A stretch of DNA of 46,284 nt from Comamonadaceae bacterium (GTDB lineage Bacteria > Pseudomonadota > Gammaproteobacteria > Burkholderiales > Burkholderiaceae_C). The stretch's first letter is position 1, and the number at the start of each line of letters is the position of its first letter. The position numbers and the translations under genes were made by a program. Of the stretch, positions 18,130 through 29,220 are shown piece after piece. The notes beneath the pieces were generated by a model that was given only the letters and a program-made list of their open reading frames with translations, searched no databases and had not been told where the DNA came from. The DNA lies in assembly GCA_030528705.1 (NCBI GenBank), contig JAUMYI010000001.1:1-46284 (forward strand), read 5' to 3'.

Positions 18130-19524
18130 CTAGGACAGCAAGCGTGCCAAGTCATTGAACAAGGCCAGCGCCATCAACATGAAAAGGGCTGCAATGCCCA
18201 AGGCTTGCAGCCGCTCCAACCAGAGCGCGGACACTGGCCTGCCAGTGAGCGCCTCCCAAAGATAATACATCAGGTGCCCGCCATCGAGCACCGGCAGCGG
18301 CAGCAAATTCAGCACCCCCAGGCTGAGGCTGACCACGGCCAGAAACTGCAGAAACTGCACCATGCCCAGGCGGGCCGATTGGCCGGCATATTGGGCGATG
18401 CTGACGGGCCCGCTGAGGTTTTGCAGCGATGCCTGCCCCAGCACCATGCGACCGAACATGCGCAGCGTGAGCGCGGCCATCTCGCCGCTGATCTGCACCC
18501 CGCGCGCCAGCCCATCCCAGGGGCCATAACGCACCCGCACCAGGGCCGTTGCGGGGCCGGGGCCCAGATAAGCCCCTACCTCTGCCCAGCGTCGCGCGCC
18601 CTCCTGCCGCAGGCGCGGCTGCACCTGCAGCTGCAACTGCTGGCCATCGCGCTGCACCGTCCAGCGTTGCACGGGCATGGCGGCCGCTGCCGCGCCGGGC
18701 GGGCCACCAGCCGCCTGGCCGGGCAGCGCATGCAACAGGGCGATCAGCTGCTGCACGTCACCCATGGGCACGCCGTCCACGGCGCGCACGATGTCGCCCG
18801 GCTGCAGCCCGGCCTGGGCCGCAGGGCTCTCCGGCTGGATGTTGCCCAGCTGCGGCGGCGCCAGCGGCGCGAGCAGGCCGATGCGGCGCAGCGCCTGGGC
18901 ATCCAGATCCTGCAGCTGCAGCGCCGACAGGGGCAGGCGCAGCTCCTGCTGGCCTGCGCCACGCTGCACCTGCAGCCACACGTCCTGTTGCAGCAGCGCG
19001 GCGCGCTGCAGCGCCCAGCTCAACTCATCGAAAGACTGGATGGCCTGTGCCCGCCCGCCCTGCCCCACGCGCAGCTGCAAGACCCGATCGCCCTGCCGCA
19101 AACCGGCCTGGGCCGCCAGCGAATCGGCCTCGGGCGTGGCCAGCAGCGCCTGCGGGGCCTGAACGCCCCACCAGTTGACGGCCGAAAAGCACAGCACGGC
19201 CAGCAGCAGGTTGGCCAGCGGCCCAGCCAGTACGACGGCCATGCGCTGCGGCAATGGGCGCCGATTGAAGGCGCGCGCCAGCTCTTCTGGCGGCACGGGG
19301 CCTTCGCGCTCATCGAGCATGCGCACATAGCCGCCCAGCGGCAGGGCCGAGAGCACGAACTCGGTCTCATTGCCCGGACGCTGCCAGCGCAGCAGCGGCC
19401 GCCCCATGCCGATGGAAAAGCGCAGCACCTTCACGCCGCAGGCGCGCGCCATGCGGTAGTGGCCATATTCGTGGATGGTCACCAACAGGCCGATGGTGAC
19501 GAGAAAGGCCAACAAGGTCAGCAT
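18130..19524 (-). CDS. rseP: RIP metalloprotease RseP
   Basis: IHEYGH, FSIGMG, PLGGYVRM, AGPLAN, two PDZ regions, LSGPVSI, NLLPLPVLDGGH. Confidence 0.97.
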   Translation of the reverse strand: MLTLLAFLVTIGLLVTIHEYGHYRMARACGVKVLRFSIGMGRPLLRWQRPGNETEFVLSALPLGGYVRMLDEREGPVPPEELARAFNRRPLPQRMAVVLAGPLANLLLAVLCFSAVNWWGVQAPQALLATPEADSLAAQAGLRQGDRVLQLRVGQGGRAQAIQSFDELSWALQRAALLQQDVWLQVQRGAGQQELRLPLSALQLQDLDAQALRRIGLLAPLAPPQLGNIQPESPAAQAGLQPGDIVRAVDGVPMGDVQQLIALLHALPGQAAGGPPGAAAAAMPVQRWTVQRDGQQLQLQVQPRLRQEGARRWAEVGAYLGPGPATALVRVRYGPWDGLARGVQISGEMAALTLRMFGRMVLGQASLQNLSGPVSIAQYAGQSARLGMVQFLQFLAVVSLSLGVLNLLPLPVLDGGHLMYYLWEALTGRPVSALWLERLQALGIAALFMLMALALFNDLARLLS

Positions 19525-19554
19525 GGCAGCGCCTGCCGGACGTGCGCCATGGCC

Positions 19555-20781
19555 TCAGCCCAGGCCCGCCACGCGGGCCTGGGCCACGCGCCGCGCCCGC
19601 TCGTCGAGCGCCAGCAAGGCGGGCAGCGAATCCACGGCCCCGGGGGCGCAGTGCTGCAGCGTGTGGGCGTTGACGGCATGGATGCGGTCAAAGCGCAGCC
19701 GGCCTTGCAAGAAGGCTTCGACCGCCACCTCGTTGGCGGCATTGAGCACCGCCGTGCTGCCAGCCGGGCCTTGCAACGCCTGCCAGGCCAGCGCCAAGCA
19801 GGGGAAGCGCCGCTGGTGCTGGGCATCGTCAAAGGATTCGAACGTCAGCGCGCGCAACGCCATGAAATCCAGCCGCGCGCTGCCAGACTCCATGCGCTCG
19901 GGCCAGGACAGGCCGTAGGCAATGGGCACGCGCATATCGGGCGTGCCCAACTGCGCGACGATGGAGCCATCGCGGTACTGCACCATGGAATGGATCACGC
20001 TTTGCGGGTGGATGAGCACTTGCAGTTGCTCGGGCGGCAGGTCGAACAGATAGCGCGCTTCGATCACCTCCAGCGCCTTGTTCATCATCGTGGCCGAATC
20101 CACCGAAATCTTGCGCCCCATGCTCCAGTTCGGGTGAGCGCAGGCCTGCTCGGGGGTGACTTCGGCCAACGTGGCCGGCTCGCGCTGGCGAAACGGCCCG
20201 CCCGAGGCGGTGAGGATGATTTTCTCCACGCGCGCGGCCCAGGTCTCGGGCGACTCGGGCAAGGACTGGAAAATGGCCGAATGCTCGCTGTCGATGGGCA
20301 GCAGCGTCGCCCCATGCGCGCGCACCTGCTGCATGAACCAGGCGCCGCCCACCACCAACGCCTCCTTGTTGGCCAGCAGCAGTTTCTTGCCGGCCTGCAC
20401 GGCCGCCAGCGCCGGCGGCAGGCCGGCCACGCCGACGATGGCGGCCATCACGGCATCGACCTCCTCGTGCGCGGCCAGCTGCGCAATGGCCTGGCTGCCG
20501 ACCAGCACCTGCGTGGCGCTGACGCCCAGCTCGCGCAATTGCTGGCGCAGGGCCTGGGCCACGTCCGGCTCTGGCACTGCGGCATAGCGTGGCTGAAATT
20601 GCAGGCACTGCTGCGCCAGGCGCTGCACGTTGCGCCCGGCCGTGAGTGCAAACACCTCGAAACGCCCAGGGTGCCGCGTCAGCACGTCCAGCGTGCTGAC
20701 GCCGATCGAGCCGGTGGAGCCCAGCACGGTGATGCGCTGGCGCGCGGCCTGGGACTGAGCCATCACGGGTTGCTGCGCCAT
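19555..20781 (-). CDS. dxr: 1-deoxy-D-xylulose-5-phosphate reductoisomerase
   Basis: LGSTGSIG, LANKE, LPIDSEH, LTASGGPF, HPNWSMG.KIS.DSAT.MNK.LE, NAANE. Start 20781 or 20763. Confidence 0.98.
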   Translation of the reverse strand: MAQQPVMAQSQAARQRITVLGSTGSIGVSTLDVLTRHPGRFEVFALTAGRNVQRLAQQCLQFQPRYAAVPEPDVAQALRQQLRELGVSATQVLVGSQAIAQLAAHEEVDAVMAAIVGVAGLPPALAAVQAGKKLLLANKEALVVGGAWFMQQVRAHGATLLPIDSEHSAIFQSLPESPETWAARVEKIILTASGGPFRQREPATLAEVTPEQACAHPNWSMGRKISVDSATMMNKALEVIEARYLFDLPPEQLQVLIHPQSVIHSMVQYRDGSIVAQLGTPDMRVPIAYGLSWPERMESGSARLDFMALRALTFESFDDAQHQRRFPCLALAWQALQGPAGSTAVLNAANEVAVEAFLQGRLRFDRIHAVNAHTLQHCAPGAVDSLPALLALDERARRVAQARVAGLG

Positions 20782-21647
20782 CACACCGCCCTCGCCAGCA
20801 AGGCCAGCACCAGCATGCCCATGGGCATGACCGGCAGCAGGCCGTCGATGCGATCCAGCATGCCGCCGTGGCCGGGCAGGATGGCGCTGCTGTCCTTCAC
20901 GCCTGCGGCGCGCTTGATCAGCGACTCCAGCAAATCGCCCAGCACGCTCATGGCCGCCAGGGCCACGCACACCACGATCATCATGCTCAGGCCTTGTTGG
21001 CGCACCAGCCCGTAAAAGCTGCGTCCCCAGTCGTCGGCCAGCAAGCGATCCAGCCACAGCCACAAAAAGGCCAGCAGCACGACGCCGATCATGCCGCCGA
21101 ACACGCCCTCCCAGCTCTTGCCGGGGCTGACCGTCGGCGCCAGCTTGCGCGCCACCAGCTTCTGCCCAAAGCTGCGGCCGGCAAAGTAGGCGCCGACATC
21201 GGCCATCCACACCAGCGCCATCAGCGACAGCAGGTAGTTGATGCCCAACTGGTAGGCCCGCAGCACGGCCACCCAGGCCACGGCAAACACCACGATGCCC
21301 AGCAGCAGCCGCAGCGCGCGCGGCAGCGCCAGCCAGCCGGCAGTGCCTTCACGCAGCACGAACACCGCCCCCACCAGCCAGGCCATGGAAAACAGCAGCC
21401 AGAACAGGCTGGGCTTGCTGACCTCTTGCACGCCGTTGAGCGCGGCCACCGTGCAGCCCAGCGCAAACACCAGCCCGACCATCTTCGCGGCCATGCCGCC
21501 AATGCCATTGAGCCTGGCCCATTCCCAGGCCGTGATGCTCAGCGCCGCCGTCACCAGCACCACGAAAGGCCAGTCCCAGGGGGCGAACAGGCAGACCAGA
21601 ATCACTGCCAGCAAGGCCAGCGCCGTGATGATTCTTTGCTTCAGCAT
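20781..21647 (-). CDS. cdsA: Phosphatidate cytidylyltransferase
   Basis: MLKQRIITA, WEW, W.AD.GAYF.G, SPGKSWEG, GDLLESLIKR..GVKDS...LPGHGGMLDRID. Confidence 0.97.
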   Translation of the reverse strand: MLKQRIITALALLAVILVCLFAPWDWPFVVLVTAALSITAWEWARLNGIGGMAAKMVGLVFALGCTVAALNGVQEVSKPSLFWLLFSMAWLVGAVFVLREGTAGWLALPRALRLLLGIVVFAVAWVAVLRAYQLGINYLLSLMALVWMADVGAYFAGRSFGQKLVARKLAPTVSPGKSWEGVFGGMIGVVLLAFLWLWLDRLLADDWGRSFYGLVRQQGLSMMIVVCVALAAMSVLGDLLESLIKRAAGVKDSSAILPGHGGMLDRIDGLLPVMPMGMLVLALLARAV

Positions 21648-21711
21648 CCAGCAATCCCCTTCAAAAAAGCGCCGGCGCGCACGAGCCAAGCCCAGCCGCA
21701 GCTGCCGCCCA

Positions 21712-22419
21712 TCAAGCCACCTGCTCGCCCGTTTTGCCGAAGCGGCGCTGCCGCTGCGCGTAGTCGCGCAGCGCGGCGTCCAGGTCTGCGGCGTCGAAAT
21801 CGGGCCAGAGTACGTCGGAAAAATACAGCTCCGTATAGGCCAGCTGCCACAGCAGAAAATTGCTGATGCGCAACTCACCGCCGGTGCGGATGAGCAAGTC
21901 CGGATCGGGCACGTGCGCCAGCGCCAACGCACCCGAGAGGCCGTCCGCATCAATGGGCTGGCCTTGCTGGCGCAGGCGCTCGGCGGCCTGGGCGATGTCC
22001 CAGCGCCCGCCGTAGTTGAAGCACACGTTGAGGATCAGGCGCTCGTTGCCTGCGGTGTCCTGCTCGGCCTGCGCCAGGCTGGCGCGCACCTTCTCGCTCA
22101 GGCGGGCGCGATCGCCCACGCAATGCAGGCGCACGCCATTGGCCTGCAGGCTGGCGACTTCCTTGGCCAGCGCCGAGGCCATCAGCGCCATCAGGCCACT
22201 GACCTCGTCGGCGGGCCGCTCCCAGTTCTCGGAGGAAAAGGCAAACACCGTCAGCACCCGCACGCCGCGCTGACCGCACAGGCCCACGCAGCGGCGCAGC
22301 GCATCCACGCCCTTTTTGTGCCCCGCCAGGCGAGGCAGCATGCGCCGCTGAGCCCAGCGGCCATTGCCATCCATGACGATGGCAATGTGCTGTGGCAAGG
22401 CAGATGAGGCTGAGGCCAT
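21712..22419 (-). CDS. uppS: Undecaprenyl diphosphate synthase
   Basis: PQHIAIVMDGNGRWA, AFSSENW.RP, NYGGR, PDLLIRTGGE.RISNFLLWQ; SD GGAG before ATG 22419. Confidence 0.98.
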   Translation of the reverse strand: MASASSALPQHIAIVMDGNGRWAQRRMLPRLAGHKKGVDALRRCVGLCGQRGVRVLTVFAFSSENWERPADEVSGLMALMASALAKEVASLQANGVRLHCVGDRARLSEKVRASLAQAEQDTAGNERLILNVCFNYGGRWDIAQAAERLRQQGQPIDADGLSGALALAHVPDPDLLIRTGGELRISNFLLWQLAYTELYFSDVLWPDFDAADLDAALRDYAQRQRRFGKTGEQVA

Positions 22420-22619
22420 CGACACTCCAAACAGCGTGCGGGCAGCACGGCTTCAAGCAGGGGAAAACCAAAACGCGCCACGCGCGCAGCGCAAGCCAGC
22501 GGCGCGCAGCGCCTGTTCACAATCGCTGCGCGGGCTCTTGGCAAGTCTTTGCCCTCCATGCCGACGGGCGGGCGGGCACGGGCGGGAAAAATGGGCGCGA
22601 AAAAGCCGTGAGCCGGCGC

Positions 22620-23180
22620 TCAAACTTCCATCACGTCCTTTTCCTTGGCCTCGACCAAGGTGTCGATTTCCGCAATGAATTTATCGGTGAGCTTTTGCAC
22701 GTCGGCTTCGGAGCGCTTTTGCTCGTCCTCGGAGGCCTGCTTGTCCTTGACCAGCTTCTTGACCGCATCATTGGCATCGCGGCGCAGATTGCGCACGGCA
22801 ATCTTGGCGTTCTCGCCCTCGCTGCGCACCAGCTTGGTCATTTCGCGGCGGCGCTCCTCGCTCATCGGCGGCATGGGCACGCGGATCAGCTCGCCCATGC
22901 TGGCCGGGTTCAGCCCAAGGTCGCTTTCGCGAATGGCTTTTTCGATTTTGGCGGCCATGTCGCGCTCCCAGGGCTGCACGCTGATGGTGCGCGCATCGAG
23001 CAGCGCCACGTTGGCCACTTGGCTGATGGGCACCTGCTGGCCGTAGTACTCCACCTGCACGGTGTCGAGCAGGCCCGGGTTGGCGCGCCCAGTGCGGATC
23101 TTGGCCAGTTGGTTCTTGAAGGCGGCAATGGACTGCTCCATCTTGCCCTGGGTGGTTTTGCGAATCTCGGCAATCGTCAT
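22620..23180 (-). CDS. frr: Ribosome recycling factor
   Basis: [38 protein letters not shown]. Confidence 0.98.
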   Translation of the reverse strand: MTIAEIRKTTQGKMEQSIAAFKNQLAKIRTGRANPGLLDTVQVEYYGQQVPISQVANVALLDARTISVQPWERDMAAKIEKAIRESDLGLNPASMGELIRVPMPPMSEERRREMTKLVRSEGENAKIAVRNLRRDANDAVKKLVKDKQASEDEQKRSEADVQKLTDKFIAEIDTLVEAKEKDVMEV

Positions 23181-23218
23181 GGCAATTCTCCTGGTTTCAT
23201 GTCAGCGACAGGCTTGGC

Positions 23219-23947
23219 TCAGGCGTAGACCAGCGTGCCCTCGTCCTCGCCACGCACCACGCGCTGCAGGGCGCCGGGCTTGACGATGGAAAAGACCTTG
23301 ATGGGCAGCTTCTGGTCGCGGCACAGGGCAAACGCCGTGGCATCCATGATGCCCAGGTTCTTCACCATGGCCTCGTCGAAGCTGATGCGGCTGTAGCGCT
23401 GAGCCTGTGGGTCCTTCATCGGGTCGGCGCTGTAGACGCCGTCCACCTTGGTGGCCTTGAGTACCAATTGCGCCCCCACCTCGGCGCCGCGCAGTGCCGC
23501 GGCCGTATCGGTGGTGAAAAAAGGATTGCCCGTGCCTGCGGCAAAGACGACGATCTTGCCCTCTTCCAGGTACTGCAAAGCCTTGGGCCGCACGTAGGGC
23601 TCGACCACCTGGTCAATCGAGATGGCCGACATGACGCGCGCGGGCACGCCCTTGCGGTCAATGGCATCGGCCAGCGCCAGCGAGTTCATCACCGTGGCCA
23701 GCATGCCCATGTAGTCGGCCGTGGCGCGATCCATGCCCGCTGCGCCGCCTGCCATGCCGCGGAAAATATTGCCGCCACCAATGACGATGGCCAGCTCAAC
23801 CCCCATCTGGGCCACGGCAATGATTTCCTGCACCATCCTCTCAATGGTTTCCCGATTGATGCCAAAAGCATCATCGCCCATCAGGGCTTCACCAGAGAGC
23901 TTGAGCAAAATGCGCGAATAGGCTGGAGTGGGGGCAGAGTCGGTCAT
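23219..23947 (-). CDS. pyrH: UMP kinase
   Basis: [46 protein letters not shown]. Confidence 0.98.
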   Translation of the reverse strand: MTDSAPTPAYSRILLKLSGEALMGDDAFGINRETIERMVQEIIAVAQMGVELAIVIGGGNIFRGMAGGAAGMDRATADYMGMLATVMNSLALADAIDRKGVPARVMSAISIDQVVEPYVRPKALQYLEEGKIVVFAAGTGNPFFTTDTAAALRGAEVGAQLVLKATKVDGVYSADPMKDPQAQRYSRISFDEAMVKNLGIMDATAFALCRDQKLPIKVFSIVKPGALQRVVRGEDEGTLVYA

Positions 23948-24139
23948 CACGGGTGCGGCTGGTCAAATGTCACGGGGGCACTGGCTTGGCGATCTCCCCC
24001 CAGCCCGCAACAGCGCGGGCATCGGGCTCGCCAAGCGCCACCTGGCCGGGCTGCAGCAAAGCACCCGCGCCCGGCTCAACTGGCGGCGGCGCGCCCCTCA
24101 AACAGGCCCATGCCACACCGCACGCCAGATTTCAGAGCA

Positions 24140-25027
24140 TCAGCCCTTGGCCGCAGCCATCTGGGCAGCCACTTCGGCGGCGAAGTCGTCGACCTTCTTC
24201 TCGATGCCCTCGCCCACGACGTACAGCGTGAAGCCATGCACCGTGGTGCCTTTTTCCTTGAGCATCTGGCCCACGTTCTGCTTGTCGTTCTTGACGAAAG
24301 GCTGGTCCAGCAGCGCCACTTCCTTGAGGTACTTGGCCACGGCTCCCTCGACCATCTTGGCCACGATGTCGGCGGGCTTGCCCGACTCGGCCGCCTTGCC
24401 CTGGGCCACGCTGCGCTCTTTCTCGATCAGCTCGGCGGGCACGTCAGCGCCGGACAGCGCCACGGGCTTCATGGCAGCCACGTGCATGGCCACGTCCTTG
24501 GCGGCGGCTTCGTCGCCATCGAACTCGACGACCACGCCAATGCGCGTGCCGTGCAGGTAGTGCGCCAGCTGCTTGCCATTGGCGAAGCGGGCAAAGCGGC
24601 GCAGCGACATGTTTTCGCCGATCTTGCCAATCAGGCCCTTGCGCACTTCTTCCAGCGTGGGGCCAAAGCCGTCCTGGCTGTATTCCAGCGCGCCCAGGGC
24701 CTCCAGATCGGCGGGATTCTTTTCCGCCACCAAGCGGGCAGCCGCGTTGGCAAACGCCAGGAAGCTGTCATTCTTGCTGACGAAGTCCGTCTCGCAGTTG
24801 ACCTCCACCATGGCGCCAGTCTGGCCCTGCATGGCCACGGCGATCACGCCTTCGGCCGTCACGCGCGAGGCGGCCTTGCCAGCCTTGGTGCCAAGCTTGA
24901 TGCGCAGCAGCTCTTCGGCCTTGGCCATGTCGCCTTCGGCTTCGACCAGGGCCTTCTTGGCCTCCATCATCGGCGCATCGGTTTTGGCGCGAAGCTCTGC
25001 CACCATACTTGCTGTCACTGCAGCCAT
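24140..25027 (-). CDS. tsf: Elongation factor Ts
   Basis: [49 protein letters not shown]. Confidence 0.98.
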   Translation of the reverse strand: MAAVTASMVAELRAKTDAPMMEAKKALVEAEGDMAKAEELLRIKLGTKAGKAASRVTAEGVIAVAMQGQTGAMVEVNCETDFVSKNDSFLAFANAAARLVAEKNPADLEALGALEYSQDGFGPTLEEVRKGLIGKIGENMSLRRFARFANGKQLAHYLHGTRIGVVVEFDGDEAAAKDVAMHVAAMKPVALSGADVPAELIEKERSVAQGKAAESGKPADIVAKMVEGAVAKYLKEVALLDQPFVKNDKQNVGQMLKEKGTTVHGFTLYVVGEGIEKKVDDFAAEVAAQMAAAKG

Positions 25028-25081
25028 TACGTTCTCCAATCCAAATCAGTACAAAAATCAAACTTCTGCCGCTGGCATACG

Positions 25082-25113
25082 AAAAAGGGGCATTCTGTGC
25101 GACGCCCCCTTTT
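25082..25113 (-). terminator. Intrinsic terminator/attenuator between rpsB and tsf
   Basis: AAAAAGGGGC...GCCCCCTTTT hairpin in the rpsB-tsf spacer. Confidence 0.65.
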
Positions 25114-25183
25114 GATGCGATGCACGGGCCGCTGCGGCGGAAAAGCCAAGCGGCATCGCGGCGCTGTGCACGGGAGCTGCGGC

Positions 25184-25936
25184 TTACTCGGCCGTCTCCT
25201 GCACTTCAACGAACTCATCGCCTTGCTCGCCAGCGGCCAGCTTGACCACTTCCTCGACGGCGTTGTTGCGGCCCTCGATGATGGCATCAGCAATGCCACG
25301 GGCGTACAAGGCCACGGCCTTGGCCGAGTCGTCGTTGCCAGGGATCACGTAGTCGATGCCTTCGGGGTTGTGGTTGGTGTCGACCACGCCGATCAGCGGG
25401 ATGCCCAGCTTGTGCGCTTCAGACACGGCGATCTTGTGGTAGCCCACGTCGATGACGAAGATCGCATCGGGCAGCGCGCCCATGTCCTGGATGCCGCCGA
25501 TGTCGCGCTCGAGCTTTTCGATCTCGCGCGAGAACATCAACTGCTCTTTCTTGCTCATGGCCTCCAGGCCAGCTTCCTGCTGGGCCTTCATGTCCTTGAG
25601 GCGCTTGACCGAAGTCTTCAGGGTCTTGAAGTTGGTCAGCATGCCGCCCAACCAGCGCTGATCCACATAGGGCATGCCGGCGCGCTGCGCCTCCTGGGCG
25701 ACGAGCTCGCGCGACTGGCGCTTGGTGCCCACGAACAAGATGGTGCCGCGATTGGCCGCCAGCTGGCGCGCGAACTTCTGCGCCTCCTGGAACTTGGGCA
25801 GCGTGGCCTCCAGGTTGATGATGTGAATCTTATTGCGATGGCCGAAGATGAAGGGGGCCATCTTGGGGTTCCAGAAACGGGTTTGGTGGCCAAAATGCAC
25901 GCCCGCTTCCAGCATTTCACGCATGGTGATCGACAT
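25184..25936 (-). CDS. rpsB: 30S ribosomal protein S2
   Basis: [43 protein letters not shown]. Confidence 0.98.
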   Translation of the reverse strand: MSITMREMLEAGVHFGHQTRFWNPKMAPFIFGHRNKIHIINLEATLPKFQEAQKFARQLAANRGTILFVGTKRQSRELVAQEAQRAGMPYVDQRWLGGMLTNFKTLKTSVKRLKDMKAQQEAGLEAMSKKEQLMFSREIEKLERDIGGIQDMGALPDAIFVIDVGYHKIAVSEAHKLGIPLIGVVDTNHNPEGIDYVIPGNDDSAKAVALYARGIADAIIEGRNNAVEEVVKLAAGEQGDEFVEVQETAE

Positions 25937-25959
25937 AGCTGTCTCTGCTTTCAAAAAGT

Positions 25960-26070
25960 CCGAAGGTTGGTTTCCTAGACCGGCCCCGCACCGGCAAACC
26001 GCGCCGCCATTGCCACAAAGCACAATGGCAGGCCAGCCCGCGCAGCACCTTGGATGAACCGGCCTGCTAT
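25960..26070 (-). promoter_or_regulatory. Putative rpsB (S2/t44-like) autoregulatory leader
   Basis: On the minus strand, stem AGGCCGGTTC...GGGGCCGGTCT encloses CCAAGGTGC and is followed by GAAACCAACC, echoing the conserved S2 leader. A -10-like GCTAAAAT lies near 26144-26151. Confidence 0.5.
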
Positions 26071-26363
26071 TTGCCTTGCTGCGATGCAAACCCGCGCAAG
26101 CCCACAAAAGCCCAGCAAGGTTAGCGTCAAGCAAAACCGGCGGATTTTAGCACAGCAAGCACTGGCTGCAGCCGCTTGGGCAAATGCAGACGCCCGCCCC
26201 ATGTTTTGTGGGAAAATTGCGCGTTTTGCGTGCGCTTGGCAGTCTGGCCGACCATCGACTACTGGATTGCCAACCGTGCAGAGACTTCGGAGAGGATCTC
26301 AAGCGCGGCACAGGCCGCGTTTTTGCTTTTTTCACCCGGCACTTCTTCTTTTTGGGCTCCCCC

Positions 26364-28283
26364 ATGATTCAGATCACCCTTCCCGATGGTTCGCAGCGCC
26401 AGTTCGACAGCGCCATCACCGTGGCCGAGGTGGCCGCCGCCATTGGCCCAGGCCTGGCCAAAAACACTGTGGCCGGCAAAGTCGATGGCCGCCTGGTGGA
26501 TGCCAGCGATCTGATTGAGCACGACGCTCGCGTGCAAATCATCACCCCCAAGGATGAGGAAGGCGTAGACATCATTCGCCACTCCTGCGCCCACTTGGTG
26601 GGCCATGCCGTCAAGCAGCTCTACCCGACGGCCAAGATGGTCATCGGCCCGGTGATCGACGAGGGCTTTTACTACGACATCTCCTACGAGCGCCCCTTCA
26701 CCCCTGAGGACATGGCCGCCATCGAGCAGCGCATGAAGGAGCTGATCGCCAAGGACTACGACGTCATCAAGCGCATGACGCCGCGCGCCGAGGTCATCCG
26801 CATCTTCCAGGAGCGTGGCGAGGACTACAAGCTGCGCCTGATCGAGGACATGCCCGATGAACAGGCCATGGGCCTGTACTTTCACGAGGAATACGTGGAC
26901 ATGTGCCGCGGCCCGCACGTGCCCAACACGCGCTTTTTAAAGGCCTTCAAGCTCACCAAGCTGGCCGGCGCCTACTGGCGCGGCGATTCGCGCAACGAGC
27001 AGCTGCAGCGCATCTACGGCACGGCCTGGGCCGACAAAAAGCAGCTCGATGCCTACATGCAGCGCATCGAGGAGGCCGAAAAGCGCGACCACCGCCGCCT
27101 GGGCCGCGAGCTCGATCTGTTCCACCAGGACGAGCACTCGCCCGGCACCGTGTTCTGGCACCCCAAGGGCTGGATCATCTGGCAGCAGGTCGAGCAGTAC
27201 ATGCGCCGCGTCTATCAGGACAACGGCTACCTCGAAGTCAAGGGGCCGCAAATCCTGGACAAGACCCTGTGGGAGAAGACCGGCCACTGGGACAAATACC
27301 GCGAGAACATGTTCATCACCGAGAGCGAAAAGCGCGACTACGCACTCAAGCCGATGAACTGCCCCGGCCACCTGCTGATCTTCAACCAGGGCATCAAGAG
27401 CTACCGTGACCTGCCGCTGCGCTATGGCGAATTCGGCCAGTGCCACCGCAACGAGCCCTCCGGCGGCCTGCACGGCATCATGCGCGTGCGCGCCTTCACG
27501 CAAGACGACGGCCACATCTTCTGCACGCCCGATCAATTGCAGGCCGAGGTGCAGCACTTCACCCAAGTGCTGCAGCGCGTCTACCGCGATTTCGGCTTCA
27601 CCGACATCATCTACAAGGTCGCCACCCGGCCCGAGAAACGCATTGGCACCGAGGAGAGCTGGGACCAGGCCGAGGCCGCGCTGATCGACAGCCTCAAGGC
27701 CACCGGCGTGCAATACCGCATCGCCGAAGGCGATGGCGCCTTCTACGGCCCCAAGCTCGAATACACGCTGCGCGATGCCCTGGGGCGCGAATGGCAATGC
27801 GGCACCATCCAGGTCGATCCCTCGATGCCCGAGCGCCTGGACGCGCAGTACGTCGGCGAGGACGGCGCGCGTCACCGCCCGCTGATGCTGCACCGCGCCA
27901 TCGTCGGCAGCCTGGAGCGATTCATCGGCATCCTCATCGAGCACTACGCCGGCGCCCTGCCCGTCTGGCTGGCGCCACAGCAAGTCAGCGTGCTCAACAT
28001 CACCGATGCCCAGGCCGACTACTGCCGCGAGCTTGTTGTAAAACTCCAAAAAGCCCTGCCGCACCAGCCCATCCGCGCCGAGTTGGATTTACGCAACGAA
28101 AAGATCACTTATAAAATACGCGAGCATGCCTTGCAAAAAGTGCCGTTCATCCTCGTGGCTGGCGACAAGGAAAAAGCCGCCGGCACCGTGGCAGTCCGCG
28201 GGCGCGGCAACCAGGATCTGGGGGTCATGCCGCTGGAGCAATTCATCGCACTGATCAGCGAGAAAATTGCCGCCAAGCAATAG
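26364..28283 (+). CDS. thrS: Threonine--tRNA ligase
   Basis: [64 protein letters not shown]. Confidence 0.99.
   Translation: MIQITLPDGSQRQFDSAITVAEVAAAIGPGLAKNTVAGKVDGRLVDASDLIEHDARVQIITPKDEEGVDIIRHSCAHLVGHAVKQLYPTAKMVIGPVIDEGFYYDISYERPFTPEDMAAIEQRMKELIAKDYDVIKRMTPRAEVIRIFQERGEDYKLRLIEDMPDEQAMGLYFHEEYVDMCRGPHVPNTRFLKAFKLTKLAGAYWRGDSRNEQLQRIYGTAWADKKQLDAYMQRIEEAEKRDHRRLGRELDLFHQDEHSPGTVFWHPKGWIIWQQVEQYMRRVYQDNGYLEVKGPQILDKTLWEKTGHWDKYRENMFITESEKRDYALKPMNCPGHLLIFNQGIKSYRDLPLRYGEFGQCHRNEPSGGLHGIMRVRAFTQDDGHIFCTPDQLQAEVQHFTQVLQRVYRDFGFTDIIYKVATRPEKRIGTEESWDQAEAALIDSLKATGVQYRIAEGDGAFYGPKLEYTLRDALGREWQCGTIQVDPSMPERLDAQYVGEDGARHRPLMLHRAIVGSLERFIGILIEHYAGALPVWLAPQQVSVLNITDAQADYCRELVVKLQKALPHQPIRAELDLRNEKITYKIREHALQKVPFILVAGDKEKAAGTVAVRGRGNQDLGVMPLEQFIALISEKIAAKQ
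28089..28117 (+). promoter_or_regulatory. Putative infC promoter embedded in thrS
   Basis: TTACGC-N17-TAAAAT over codons [10 protein letters not shown], written with rare AT-rich codons (TTA, ACT, TAT, AAA, ATA) in an otherwise GC3-rich gene. Confidence 0.6.
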
Positions 28284-28367
28284 CACAGAAAGGGCCTTGC
28301 CGCCCGCCATCCCCGCCCGGCCATTGCCGGGCGGCTTCTTGCAACCAACCGTTTGAAGGTGAGAGCC

Positions 28368-28970
28368 ATCGCTACTGAATACCGTGACCGTCGACACCGC
28401 GAAGAGCGCAAGCATCGACTCAACCGTGAAATCAACGCGCCCGAGCTGCGCGTGACCGGGCCGGACAACGAGCCCATCGGCGTCATCAGCCTGCAGGAAG
28501 CCCTGCGCATGGCCGGCGACCTGGATGTCGATCTGGTCGAGATCGCGCCCACCGCCAACCCGCCCGTGGCCCGCCTGATCGACTACGGCAAGTTCAAGTA
28601 CCAGGAACAAAAGCGCGCTGCCGAGGCCAAGGCCAAGCAGACCGTCATCGACATCAAGGAAGTCAAGTTCCGCCCTGGCACCGACGACGGCGACTACAAC
28701 ATCAAGCTGCGCAACATCCGCCGCTTCCTCGAAGACGGCGACAAAGTCAAGGTCACGCTGCGTTTTCGCGGCCGCGAAATCACCCACCAGAACCTGGGCC
28801 TGAACCTGCTCAACCGCCTGCGCGAAGAGCTGGGCGATGCCATCGTCGTCGAGCAATTCCCCAAGCTCGAAGGGCGCCAGATGATCATGATGATCGCGCC
28901 GCAGAAGAAAAAGGCCAGCGGCGGCAAACCCAAGGCCGCTGCCCAGCCCAGCGAAGCCGCTTCGGACTGA
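28368..28970 (+). CDS. infC: Translation initiation factor IF-3 (probable non-canonical ATC start)
   Basis: [50 protein letters not shown]. No in-frame ATG at the N-terminus; SD-like AAGGTGA precedes ATC 28368. Confidence 0.95.
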   Translation: MATEYRDRRHREERKHRLNREINAPELRVTGPDNEPIGVISLQEALRMAGDLDVDLVEIAPTANPPVARLIDYGKFKYQEQKRAAEAKAKQTVIDIKEVKFRPGTDDGDYNIKLRNIRRFLEDGDKVKVTLRFRGREITHQNLGLNLLNRLREELGDAIVVEQFPKLEGRQMIMMIAPQKKKASGGKPKAAAQPSEAASD

Positions 28971-29220
28971 TCCCAAGCCCCTGCGCCGTCTCAAATGGGC
29001 AGCACGCCCAAGTCACTGCGCATTCATTGCTTCATTTGAACGCCCCCAACGCGCCGCGCGCCGCTGTGGCTGCGGCGCGTTGCTCGTCTGCGCCACGCGC
29101 CACACACCAGCAAAGCCCATTTCCGCTGCCTTGAGCAGGGTTTCTGGGCTGGCTGCGCCCCCTGTCAAGCGGCTATCATGCGCTCGGCGCGCCTGCCCGC
29201 ACGGCATGCGCGCTGCACCT

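Noticed and set aside
17989-21015. 1008-aa plus-strand ORF (and similar ones at 23468-25978, 10807-12669, 16415-18067, 30813-32579, 42680-44323)
   Set aside because: Antisense shadows of well-supported GC-rich genes, with no recognisable motifs.
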